From positions 11,334-75,333 of the forward strand of contig NIVC01003056.1 in assembly GCA_002269645.1 (NCBI GenBank): 64,000 nucleotides of DNA. The letters run 5' to 3'. The stretch's first letter is position 1. Each line of letters starts with the position of its first letter. Source of the DNA: Macrostomum lignano. Lineage: Eukaryota. A program made the position numbers and the translations under genes. Shown here piece after piece: positions 12,231 to 24,387 of the stretch. The notes beneath the pieces are model-generated. The model saw only the letters and a list, made by a program, of their open reading frames with translations. It was not told the DNA's origin and ran no database searches.

Positions 12231-12834
12231 AGAGCGCCGCTCAATCCACATGTCGTCCTCGAATCGTTATTCTCGCCGGCGCTACTCGTCCCGTTCCCGT
12301 TCGCGCTCTGCGTCCCGATCCCGCTCCCCGGTGATCCTCAGGCTGCCGCCTCAGCCGCCTCGCCGGGTTCACGACAGAATCGGCGGGCGTCGGTTTGCTT
12401 CGCTGTCGCCGTCGCCGTCGCCCGAGGAGCCGCTGTCGCCGTTAGCTGGCGGTCAAAATCAACGACGCTTTCGTCGCCGACCAATCGCCGAACGGCTCGG
12501 CGTCCGGCCGGTGAAAAACTTTGCCGAAAGCGGGGGCGGCAAGTTCGACTCGAATCGGTTGTACTACAGACCGCCGCCAGCGGCCGCTCTGGACCCGTTG
12601 GCTACGCCGAAAGCGCCGTCATATTTTTTGCACGACGATCGAGGAGAGCGCAGGCCTACAGACGGCGACGGATATCGTCGGGGCGGGCGCGGCGGCGGCG
12701 GCCGCGGTTTTCGTCGCGGTGGCGGCCGCTTCGGCGGGTTCAGAGGCGGCGGCGGTGGCGGCATCGAAGGCAAATGGCAGCACGATAAATTTGTTGACAA
12801 CGAGGACGAGGCCATGGGTAGTAGCGAGTTCTAA
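12231..12834 (+). CDS. Exon 2 (terminal) of the BCLAF1/THRAP3-like, Btz-motif protein; spliced CDS ~321 aa
   Basis: Acceptor ctcacctgacag|12231 is in phase with exon 1. RS dipeptides, PKAPSYFLHDDR, an RGG box and GKWQHDKF match the C-terminal PKxxxYFLHDDR...RGRG...KWxHDK(F/Y) architecture of BCLAF1/THRAP3 and the Btz/CASC3 W-x-HDKF motif. GC/CpG-rich relative to flanks. Confidence 0.82.
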
Positions 12835-12915
12835 GCTGGTGCTACTTTGAGTAGCATTGTGCTGGAGAAATATTGGATCATGTTTCTTGTTGCTTTAATT
12901 TGCTTTTGCCTTTGA

Positions 12916-13365
12916 ATCCCCATAAAAATCGCCCTAAATCCTCATCAAGAATCGCCCTCGAATCCCCATCAAGAATCGCCCTCGAATCCCCATCAAGAAT
13001 CGCCCTCAAATCCCCATTAAGAATCACCCTCAAATCCCCATCAAGAATCACCCTCAAATCCCCATCAAGAATCGCCCTCAAATCCCCATTAAGAATCGCC
13101 CTCAAATCCCCATTAAGAATCACCCTCAAATCCCCATTAAGAATCACCCTCAAATCCCCATCAAGAATCACCCTCAAATCCCCATTAAGAATCACCCTCG
13201 AATCCCCATCAAGAATCGCCCTCAAATCCCCATTAAGAATCACCCTCAAATCCCCATCAAGAATCGCCCTCAAATCCCCATCAAGAATCGCCCTCAAATC
13301 CCCATCAAGAATCACCCTCAAATCCCCATCAAGAATCACCCTCAAATCCCCAAGAATCGCCCTCC
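12916..13365. repeat. 24-bp minisatellite AATCCCCATCAAGAATCGCCCTCA
   Basis: About 18 units, starting ~80 bp after the stop codon, possibly in the 3' UTR. Source of the ORFs at 12873-13370. Confidence 0.96.
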
Positions 13366-14246
13366 ATTAACCGTACCAAATTCACAAGTTGAATGTTAGA
13401 AAGTGTTTTGTATATTGTACATGTTTTGCAACTTATAAAAGTACCCTTAACATTTTTACGAGTCTTCTGACTTCTCTTTTTTAGATAATGCATCGGATGC
13501 CGAAGGCATTATAATTTCAATTTGGTCTTACTCACCTGTTAAAGATATCTAGTTGTATAAATTCTCTGTCCGATGATTGAGTACTTGACTCAAGAAAACC
13601 GTTACTACGAGCTACTGGCTGTTTGCAGAGGCGCAATAGCTCTTATATGCTACTAACGTAATTATCAATAGTAGTAGCTGATAGTAGTATAGTTTGCTTC
13701 TTTCTTTTATTTGTAACTTTGCTATTAAATAAGGCCAGTTTAGTTCAAGATATAGTAATAACAGCTTCTAATGCTATTAGGTATTTAATAATTCTTTGCA
13801 TGCAAAATTTCAAATTTATTAATAAAGCCGGTGTTTATAATAATCTGGAAAATTTTGAGATTTACTGAAGTCTCCGTCTGTCTGCCTTAAATCATTTATC
13901 TTTATTACGCTCGTAAATTAGGCTATATTTCTTAACCGTTGAAATCGTTCTCATGACAAGAATCACCGAGGAGCCACTGCAAACAACTGTAATGTTGAGT
14001 TCCGAGCTCATCACGCGAGTTGTAGAATTGTAAAACAGTCGCGCAAATTTCGTCCAAGAGTTTTTGTGTTAACGCTTTACTTTCTACTTGAAGTACTAAT
14101 TAAGTAGACTACATAGAGTTCTTATAAATGCAAAATTCTAAATTCATGAAGTGACGCAGGCCTAGCACGCCTCAAATTAACTCTCGGATGACTCTATTGT
14201 CTTTGACGACTTCACCCCGTCCTCGAGAGAAGGCCAAAATACATGC

Positions 14247-17200
14247 ACAGTCAATTGTCACTGACAGTCAAATGACACTGACAGTCAAATGACACTGACA
14301 GTCAAATGACACTGACAGTCAAATGACACTGACAGTCAAATGACACTGGCAGTCAATTGACACTGACAGTCAAATGACAGACACTGGCAGTCAATTGACA
14401 CTGACAGTCGAATGACACTGACAGTCAATTGACACTGACAGTCAAATGACACTGACAGTCAATTGACACTGACAGTCAAATGACACTGACAGTCAAATGT
14501 CACTGACAGTCAAATGACACTGGCAGTCAATTGACACTGACAGTCAAATGACACTGGCAGTCAAATGACACTGACAGTCAATTGACACTGACAGTCAAAT
14601 GTCACTGACAGTCAATTGACACTGACAGTCAAATGACACTGGCAGTCAATTGACACTGGCAGTCAAATGACACTGACAGTCAATTGACACTGACAGTCAA
14701 ATGACACTGGCAGTCAATTGACACTGGCAGTCAAATGACACTGACAGTCAATTGACACTGACAGTCAAATGACACTGGCAGTCAATTGACACTGGCAGTC
14801 AAATGACACTGACAGTCAAATGACACTGACAGTCAATTGACACTGACAGTCAAATGACACTGGCAGTCAATTGACACTGACAGTCAAATGACACTGACAG
14901 TCAATTGACACTGACAGTCAAATGACACTGACAGTCAAATGACACTGACAGTCAAATGTCACTGACAGTCAAATGACACTGGCAGTCAATTGACACTGAC
15001 AGTCAAATGACACTGGCAGTCAAATGACACTGGCAGTCAAATGACACTGGCAGTCAATTGACACTGACAGTCAAATGACACTGGCAGTCAAATGACACTG
15101 GCAGTCAATTGACACTGGCAGTCAATTGACACTGACAGTCAAATGACACTGGCAGTCAAATGACACTGACAGTCAATTGACACTGACAGTCAAATGTCAC
15201 TGACAGTCAATTGACACTGACAGTCAAATGACACTGGCAGTCAATTGACACTGGCAGTCAAATGACACTGACAGTCAAATGACACTGGCAGTCAATTGAC
15301 ACTGACAGTCAAATGACACTGGCAGTCAAATGACACTGACAGTCAATTGACACTGACAGTCAAATGTCACTGACAGTCAATTGACACTGACAGTCAAATG
15401 ACACTGGCAGTCAATTGACACTGGCAGTCAAATGACACTGACAGTCAATTGACACTGACAGTCAAATGACACTGGCAGTCAATTGACACTGGCAGTCAAA
15501 TGACACTGACAGTCAATTGACACTGACAGTCAAATGACACTGGCAGTCAATTGACACTGGCAGTCAAATGACACTGACAGTCAAATGACACTGACAGTCA
15601 ATTGACACTGACAGTCAAATGACACTGGCAGTCAATTGACACTGACAGTCAAATGACACTGACAGTCAATTGACACTGACAGTCAAATGACACTGACAGT
15701 CAAATGACACTGACAGTCAAATGTCACTGACAGTCAAATGACACTGGCAGTCAATTGACACTGACAGTCAAATGACACTGGCAGTCAAATGACACTGGCA
15801 GTCAAATGACACTGGCAGTCAATTGACACTGACAGTCAAATGACACTGGCAGTCAAATGACACTGGCAGTCAATTGACACTGGCAGTCAATTGACACTGA
15901 CAGTCAAATGACACTGGCAGTCAAATGACACTGACAGTCAATTGACACTGACAGTCAAATGTCACTGACAGTCAATTGACACTGACAGTCAAATGACACT
16001 GGCAGTCAATTGACACTGGCAGTCAAATGACACTGACAGTCAATTGACACTGACAGTCAAATGACACTGGCAGTCAATTGACACTGGCAGTCAAATGACA
16101 CTGACAGTCAATTGACACTGACAGTCAAATGACACTGGCAGTCAATTGACACTGGCAGTCAAATGACACTGACAGTCAAATGACACTGACAGTCAATTGA
16201 CACTGACAGTCAAATGACACTGGCAGTCAATTGACACTGACAGTCAAATGACACTGACAGTCAATTGACACTGACAGTCAATTGACACTGGCAGTCAAAT
16301 GACACTGACAGTCAAATGACACTGACAGTCAATTGACACTGACAGTCAAATGACACTGGCAGTCAATTGACACTGACAGTCAAATGACACTGACAGTCAA
16401 TTGACACTGACAGTCAAATGACACTGACAGTCAAATGACACTGACAGTCAAATGACACTGACAGTCAAATGTCACTGACAGTCAATTGACACTGGCAGTC
16501 AAATGACACTGACAGTCAATTGACACTGACAGTCAAATGACACTGGCAGTCAATTGACACTGGCAGTCAAATGACACTGACAGTCAATTGACACTGACAG
16601 TCAAATGACACTGGCAGTCAATTGACACTGGCAGTCAAATGACACTGACAGTCAAATGACACTGACAGTCAATTGACACTGACAGTCAAATGACACTGGC
16701 AGTCAATTGACACTGACAGTCAAATGACACTGACAGTCAATTGACACTGACAGTCAAATGACACTGACAGTCAAATGACACTGACAGTCAAATGTCACTG
16801 ACAGTCAAATGACACTGGCAGTCAATTGACACTGACAGTCAAATGACACTGGCAGTCAAATGACACTGGCAGTCAATTGTCACTGACAGTCAAATGACAC
16901 TGGCAGTCAATTGTCACTGGCAGTCAAATGTCACTGGCAGTCAAATGACACTAGCAGTCAATTGTCACTGACAGTCAAATGACACTGGCAGTCAATTGTC
17001 ACTGGCAGTCAAATGACACTGGCAGTCAAATGACACTGGCAGTCAATTGTCACTGGCAGTCAAATGACACTGGCAGTCAATTGTCACTGGCAGTCAATTG
17101 TCACTGACAGTCAATTGTCACTGGCAGTCAATTGTCACTGGCAGTCAAATGACACTGACAGTCAAATGACACTGGCAGTCAATTGACACTGACAGTCAAA

Positions 17201-17305
17201 TGACACTGGCAGTCAAAGGACACTGGCAGTCAAATGACACTGACAGTCAATTGACACTGGCAGTCAAATGTCACTGACAGTCAAATGACACTGGCAGTCA
17301 ATTGT
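14247..17305. repeat. 3-kb satellite, 17-bp monomer ACAGTCAA(A/T)TG(A/T)CACTG(A/G) with higher-order structure
   Basis: About 180 monomers. Rare AAATGTCAC variants recur in pairs exactly 765 bp (45 monomers) apart. Confidence 0.98.
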
Positions 17306-18085
17306 GACAGATCAAATTAAATTCTCTTTTGTACTGGCGGTTTTAAAATAAATATTCTCTACGTGAATACTTGATAAAGCTTGAACAGTATTATGGGTTG
17401 CCATTGTATTTAGCAGTTGCCTATCTTCATGCAACTCCAGAGTGGATCAATGGGTGCCTGCAAGTACAGCAGTATTTTATTGCATCATCGATTTTGAATA
17501 CGCGGGATGCCGCAGCGGAGCCTTGTATTATATATATTAATCTATTTTTATGACTTTCTAAATTTGACATGTCAGAAAACGAGGCCCGTCGTAACAATAT
17601 ACGTTAGTGAAGACTAGCGATTGGGGTTAGTTCAGCTTTGCGAGTCCTATGGGATAAATTTCTGTTGTTGTAGATCTAAATTTAGATGCCTCAATGTAGT
17701 CCTTATGGTTATACGAGCGCTCGTAGTATGTAAGCGTTGAGTTTATTGGATTGTTAAGATTTTATCATTTTGACTTGTACGCTCGTATGGTGTCGTCTGA
17801 TGATTCTACAAAATCCCTGTTTGTGGCCCCTAATTTAAATTGGTAATTTCAGTCTGGCCTCATAAAGACGCAGTCTACATGTAGACTATTTCTATGCTTT
17901 TATAAATCATTATGCCGTCTGCCTTTTGTCGATGAATTTATTTCATATTTTCATTCCTCCTGCAAGTGCACATCCACTTTTTTACTGGTAGGTATGGCAG
18001 ATTTTGCATATATTTATAGCTTGTATATATATAAAAAGCATTTGCCTGTCAGCCTGATTCTGCTTAGTAAAGTAAAACTCTTATA

Positions 18086-18677
18086 TACTGTCCGTCAAAA
18101 GTTCCGGAACCCTTGCTACAATGTCTTCTAGCGGACATAATTTCAGTCCGTTTCAATTGTAACTTGATTCAAATGAAAGCTGCGGATCTCAGCTCCATGA
18201 TGTGGTCAAGAAAAAGTTTATTCGAAGGAGCGCGTGTGAACAGGCCAGTGTTATGTACATAAAGGTTAGAGAAAAAAAGTGAGGAAAAGACAAACAAGCA
18301 ATTGTCTATGGTTGCTGAGTCTATGGAGCAAACACACATGGGAAGGAATCGGTTTGCGCGCAGTGTTCAGCCTGGCTAACATTAGTCTATGGCCAAAACT
18401 TGTGTTGAAATCAACAGGCTCTTATGGATTCTTGTGCAGTCAGCTTTCATGGGAGAGTCAATTGCTTGTTTGTCTTTTCCTCACTTTTTTTCTCTAACCT
18501 TTATGTACATAACACTGGCCTGTTCACACGCGCTCCTTCGAATAAACTTTTTCTTGACCACATCATGGAGCTGAGATCCGCAGCTTTCATTTGAATCAAG
18601 TTACAATTGAAACGGACTGAAATTATGTCCGCTAGAAGACATTGTAGCAAGGGTTCCGGAACTTTTGACGGACAGTA
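18086..18677. mobile_element. Young MITE with ~220-bp perfect inverted arms, TA-flanked (Tc1/mariner-type signature)
   Basis: 18084-18304 is the exact reverse complement of 18459-18679 by eye (221 bp including flanking TA); 154-bp spacer. The exact TSD register is ambiguous (TATA at both ends). Confidence 0.85.
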
Positions 18678-19276
18678 TAGAACAACTCAATGATAAAGAA
18701 CTTTTAATGGTACATTAGCAGTGTGGCCTGTGACTCAAGCTTTCTAGTTAATTAAAAAATCCACCGCTTATTGTGATATTTATTTCGCTTACGTAAAACA
18801 CTTATTTATGAGTTTTCATTGTCTTTTGTTGAAGTTTTATGCATGCTAGCGAGCAATAGAATAAATATAGTGCCACTCCCACCTTCGCTATATAAAGTGC
18901 AAGCAGTACTATTGTAGTATAAAATATAATAACTCTACCCTGTGCAATTTAATCACGATCTTAATCACGAAAATCCGGTGCGGCTAATATTATTGTAAAC
19001 TATAAAACTAAAAGTTGGTGTTTAATTCTCCCTTAATTCTCTTGGGAGTTCTACTGTTACACGCAAACATGATTTTCATGCAATCTCTTCGAAACATCAT
19101 CGTGTTTGAGAAGTTTCAGAACAAATCTCTTTTAGGCGAAGAAATGAGTTCTTTCCTAAATCTATCTTTCCAAAGTTAGGAAGTAATTTTAGCGTATATT
19201 TCTCGAATGCTGTATGTCTTGAAACTAGCTTAAATAAGCCAGTGTATCAATAACTTGACCTGCGTTGACCTGCTGT

Positions 19277-19598
19277 TGGATTAGGGTTCTGGATTAGGGT
19301 TTTGAATTAGGGTTCTGGATTAGGGTTCTGGTTTAGGGTTCTGGATTAGGGTTCTGGGTTAGGGTTCTGGGTTAGGGTTCTGGATTAGGGTTCTAGATAA
19401 GGGTTCTGGATTAGGGTTCTGGATTAGGTTTGTGGTTTACGATTCTGGATTAGGGTTCTGGATTAGGATTCTGAATTAGGCTTCTGAATTAGGGTTTTGA
19501 ATTAGGGTTCTGGATTAGGGTTTCTGGATTAGGGTTATGGATTAGGGTTATGGATTAGGTTTAAGAGTTAGTGTTCTGGATTAGGTTTAGGGTTAGGG
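19277..19598 (+). repeat. Telomere-derived 13-bp repeat TTAGGGTTCTGGA
   Basis: About 22 units, ending in a TTAGGGTTAGGG dimer. Interstitial, not a chromosome end. Confidence 0.9.
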
Positions 19599-20026
19599 TC
19601 GCAGTAGGCTTAGGGTCCCTGTATTTCGGTTTTCGCTGTTATAGGCAAGACTGGCCTACCTCCTGACTGTCTGCGAGCGGACTGTCGCCTTCACATAGTT
19701 TGCTTTGTACCAGTGTTATCCCTATACCGATAGCAACTCCAACAAGCAAAACGTGGCCAACTCGAAACAAATGCCATTTAGCTTCGGACAATTCGAACTC
19801 GATATCGACTTCCAGTTTTTTTCGAGTGAAGCGATACTACGTGCGTAGTTTTCTTAATTAATTTAATGTATTTTATTTATTGAAGTGGTTTGAGTTATAT
19901 TTTTCAACAAGGCTTGGGTTACAATTGAGTTTTCAAGTTTTTATGTTACATTATTGTGTTAATTTTTTAAAAGACACAATCAATCGATCGGCGAGGCTTG
20001 TCTTAACTTGCTTTGGTAGGTTAGTC

Positions 20027-20405
20027 TTACCATCTGCAATGCAAATGAACGGTGCAGATATTAATTTGGTGGACATTAATTTGTCATTAACGTCAGTCAG
20101 TGCAAGCCGCACCTATACCTGATATTGGTTGTGGAATAGCGCATCTCCTTTGCCCAGTCCTTTACGAAGTCGCTGTACTTTGCTGGCAGCTGCAGACCCG
20201 AGGACCGCTTGCCCTGCCGTCTGGCAGCCTTCAGAATCCAAAGTAGATCACCTTCGACACCGTCCTGGATGCTGCGTTGACTCTCCAGCGCTTGGTTCAT
20301 GTCGCCATCATCCTCATTGTCGATTGTCGCAGCCATGCCGCAGACTTTGACTGTCGGCACGGTCAGCAATAGACAGCAGATGGCGACTTCTGTGAAAAAC
20401 TGCAT
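20027..20405 (-). CDS. Speculative small secreted, prohormone-like ORF (97 aa if spliced 20405-20119 + 20033-20027)
   Basis: Hydrophobic N-terminus MQFFTEVAICCLLLTVPTVKVCG, an acidic spacer and an RRQGKR site. CAG|GTATAG donor and ttcatttgcattgcag acceptor bound an 85-nt intron. No recognised homology. Confidence 0.25.
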
Positions 20406-21044
20406 ACTCGATTGGTTCTGTCTGCTGCACTTGTTCTTGAGCTGTCCAACTCTTGAGAGCACTGCTACCCAGCTAGATGATTATCGACAGGAATTTGGAT
20501 TTGTAGAAACTTATTGAATTTCAAGATGCAGCAGTGACGTCTGCGTGGGCGTCTATACTGAGCGTCTTCTCCACAACTATGACTGCTGCTGGTTGCTTTT
20601 CAACTCCTGACTTTCTCAACTCTATCTTGTTGCTGGGAATATTTCTCCTCTGGGACAAGCAGCCGAGTGGGGGTGAAGCAACTCGTCTATATTAAGACTT
20701 GAGTTACTGCATCGGTTGGCCTGAGAGGTTGGAGTTGGCTGGGGTATCAGCTGCTCAAGGATTGGCTCTCTGAGGATGCCAGGAGAACTCGCATGCCAAT
20801 TGCTTTAAAGCCTTGAAGCCTTATCACTCTTATTGTTGCTGCGAGATTAGCGACTGGCATTGAAATTGCACGGCTGGATTCGCATGGGCGGGAGCTGAAG
20901 GCTGAGTGTGGGGGTTGCTGGGTGGATGACTTTGTGCTTGGTAGAAGGGCGAGTGTCAGCAGTGGGTGGATAAATTTGTGTGGGTGGCAGGGTACTTGAC
21001 TACGTGTGGGTGGGAGTAGGCTCTCGCGTGGGTGTGGGGTGTTA

Positions 21045-22192
21045 GTTTTGCGTCAGCGAATAGACAGTTTTGTGTCAGCGAATAGACACTTATGTGTCAG
21101 TGAATGAATAGTTTTGTGTCAGTGAATAGACAGTTTTGTGTCAGTGAATAGACAGTTTTGTGTCAGATAATAGACAGTTATGTGTCAGTGAATAGACACT
21201 TATGTGTCAGTGAATGAATAGTTTTGTGTCAGTGAATAGACAGTTTTGTGTCAATGAATAGACAGTTTTGTGTCAGTGAATAGACAGTTTTGTGTCAGTG
21301 AATAGACAGTTTTGTGTCAATGAATAGACAGTTTTGTGTCAGTGAATAGACAGTTTTGTGTCAGTGAATAGACAGTTTTGTGTCAGTGAATAGACAGTTT
21401 TGTGTCAGTGAATAGACAGTTTTGTGTCAATGAATAGACAGTTTTGTGTCAGTGAATAGACAGTTTTGTGTCAGTGAATAGACAGTTTTGTGTCAGTGAA
21501 TAGACAGTTTTGTGTCAGTGAATAGACAGTTTTGTGTCAGATAATAGACAGTTTTGTGTCAGTGAATAGACAGTTTTGTGTCAGTGAATAGACAGTTTTG
21601 TGTCAGTGAATGGATAGTTTTGTGTCAGTGAATAGACAGTTTTGTGTCAGTGAATAGACAGTTTTGTGTCAGTGAATAGACAGTTTTGTGTCAGTGAATA
21701 GACAGTTTTGTGTCAGTGAATAGACAGTTTTGTGTCAGTGAATAGACAGTTTTGTGTCAGTGAATAGACAGTTTTGTGTCAGTGAATAGACAGTTTTGTG
21801 TCAGTGAATAGACAGTTTTGTGTCAGTGAATAGACAGTTTTGTGTCAGTGAATAGACAGTTTTGTGTCAGTGAATAGACAGTTATGTGTCAGTGAATGGA
21901 TAGTTTTGTGTCAGTGAATAGACAGTTTTGTGTCAGTGAATAGACAGTTATGTGTCAGTGAATGGATAGTTTTGTGTCAGTGAATAGACAGTTTTGTGTC
22001 AGTGAATAGACAGTTTTGTGTCAGTGAATAGACAGTTTTGTGTCAGTGAATAGACAGTTTTGTGTCAGTGAATGGATAGTTTTGTGTCAGTGAATAGACA
22101 GTTTTGTGTCAGTGAATAGACAGTTTTGTGTCAGCGAATAGACAGTTATATGTCAGTGAATGGACAGTTATGTGACAGTGAATGGATAGTTT
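21045..22192. repeat. 22-bp minisatellite AGTGAATAGACAGTTTTGTGTC
   Basis: About 52 highly homogeneous units. Confidence 0.98.
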
Positions 22193-22507
22193 AACGCTAA
22201 GGTAAAAACGCTTTAGGCGTCACACGCACTGGGTTGTGTTAAAATTATCTATATTTTAAACTGACTGCCTGACTGATTCTTCAGAAAAAATCTAGCTATA
22301 AGTATGCTTTGTTTGACTTGAAGTGTAATTTTTGCTGAAATTGCAGACGCAAAGGTGCATAAGTTTTTAAGAAATGAAAACCAAATTATTCACAAGATAT
22401 TAAATTTCTGACTTTGACTTTAAGAGAATCAAATTCGAATATCCCCCACCCAAAGTGCGTTTTCGTCGAAGCATTGTCAAGCAGTTCTCAAGCAGCTGGA
22501 GATGAGG

Positions 22508-22904
22508 CGGCGCCAAATTGAGTTGCCTGCCTACGGCGCTAAAATGAGTGCCTGTCTGTGGCGCCAAAATGAGTGCCTGTCTGCGGCGCCAAAATGAGTG
22601 CCTGTCTGTGGCGCCAAAATGAGTGCCTGTCTGTGGCGCCAAAATGAGTGCCTGTCTGTGGCGCCAAAATGAGTGCCTGTCTGCGGCGCCAAAATGGGTA
22701 CGGGTGTCTGGATTCGGCGCCAAAATGGGTACGGGTGTCTGGATTCGGCGCCAAAATGGGTACGTGTGTCTGGATTCGGCGCCAAAATGGGTACGTGTGT
22801 CTGAATTCGGCGCCAAAATGGGTACGTGTGTCTGAATTCGGCGCCAAAATGGGTACGTGTGTCTGAATTCGGCGCCAAAATGAGTGCTAACAACACCGAT
22901 TCCC
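22508..22904. repeat. GGCGCCAAAATG-core array (25-bp then 31-bp units), probably subterminal repeats of a TIR transposon
   Basis: GGCGCCAAAATGAGTGCCTGTCTGT changes to GGCGCCAAAATGGGTACGTGTGTCTGAATTC and ends ...ACAACACCGATTCCC. A degenerate relative lies at ~3463-3530. Confidence 0.85.
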
Positions 22905-23417
22905 AAAATAATGCATCAAGTTTGTCATTACAGAATTCTTGGCTTTGTCACCCTAACCATAAAAGCCATCCATAGTGACACCACTGATGAGGTTTACAGG
23001 TGCTGGGAGCTGCTACACTGCAGAGAACCCCCCCCCCCTGGGGGCGGAGCCGGAATCCGAGTTCATTTCTTTGAATAGAACAGTCTGTGATTGAAGTGGA
23101 TGCTTGACTCAGACACAAGTAGCTCAAGACTTGACTACTTGAGCAAAGCCAAGGTAGCTCCTATTATTCTGGCACAATAGAACAATAGAATCCCAGTTCT
23201 GCTTGAGCGATCCTCACTCTGCCTTTACTGATGATAGCTACTGACGGGTCGTGCATCTTTAGGGCGGTTCTGTCTTCCATCGAATAAATGATATATTCTG
23301 TCGATTTTTCCCCACCTGTAGTAGGCCATACTAAGACTCACGGTAAAACAAATTTGCTTTTACTTTACTGTTAGTAGTTTCAGTTCAAGAAATGTCAGTT
23401 TATAGGTTAGTTTAGCT

Positions 23418-23975
23418 CGGAATCTCACGGTGAGACTAAGCTTGGGATCTCATGGTGAGACTAAACTCTGAATCTCACGGTGAGACTAAGCTCGGGATCC
23501 CATGGTGAGACTAAGCTCGTGATCTCACACTGAGACTTAAGTTCCGGATCTCAAATTGAGACTAAGCTCTCGGAATCTCACGGTGAGACTAAGCTCGGAA
23601 TCTCACGGTGAGACTAAGCTCGGAATCGCACGGTGAAATTAAGTTTGGAATCTCACGGTGAAACTAAGCTCGGAATCCCAAATAGAGAGTAAGCTCGGAA
23701 TCTAACGTTGAGACTAAGCTCGTGACCTCAGAGAGACTAAGCTGGGAATCTTACGGTGAGAAAAAACTCTGGATCTCACGGTGAGACTAAGCTCTAAATC
23801 TCAGAATGAGACTAAGCTTGGGATCTCGTGGTAAGACTAAGCTCGGAATCCCAAATTGAGAGTAAGCTCGGAATCTAACGGTGAGACTAAGCTGCGGATC
23901 TTAAATTGAGACTAAGCACGGAATCTCGCGGTAAGACTAAGCTTAGGATCTCACAGTGAAATTGAAACTAAGCTC
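23418..23975. repeat. Degenerate 25-bp minisatellite GAGACTAAGCTCGGAATCTCACGGT
   Basis: About 22 diverged units, immediately left of the Helitron block. Confidence 0.9.
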
Positions 23976-24387
23976 GTGATTTCATTGTGTGGCTCACAGT
24001 CACAGAGAGACTGAACTCATAACTTCAAGTGAGATATAGCTTACAATCTTACGATGTGACTTTAATGTGAATCATAATTTTATGATTCATATCATAATTA
24101 TTTGGTTATTATCTCAATGTTTAGGTTGACCTACTAGCAATCTAGTGCGGCCCCCCTTCGGGGCGCCCAATAAGCAAGGAGCAAAAATAGTTCACGGAAA
24201 AAAATAAAAAAGCACATTTTCTTAAACACCAATTCCTTCTTCACTTTTAAAAATCACCTTAGCTTGTATTCGGGTAAAATTGTCACGGAAAATGATGTTT
24301 AAAAAGTGAAAGAATCACTTTTTCTCTAAAATTAACAAACAGACAACAAAATATAGCTTCCCCTAAATATCAATAGAAAATATTCCC

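Noticed and set aside
19277-19598. True telomere or chromosome end
   Set aside because: The units are interrupted 13-mers, only ~320 bp long, with ordinary sequence on both sides.
20463-21040. Upstream Pro/Thr-rich extension of the 20097-20462 ORF as a long pseudogene
   Set aside because: About 9 stops in ~190 codons is what random sequence gives, and the Pro/Thr bias follows from strand composition.
14247-22192. Regular short repeats with dyad symmetry as CRISPR arrays
   Set aside because: There are no unique spacers and no cas genes, and the context is eukaryotic.
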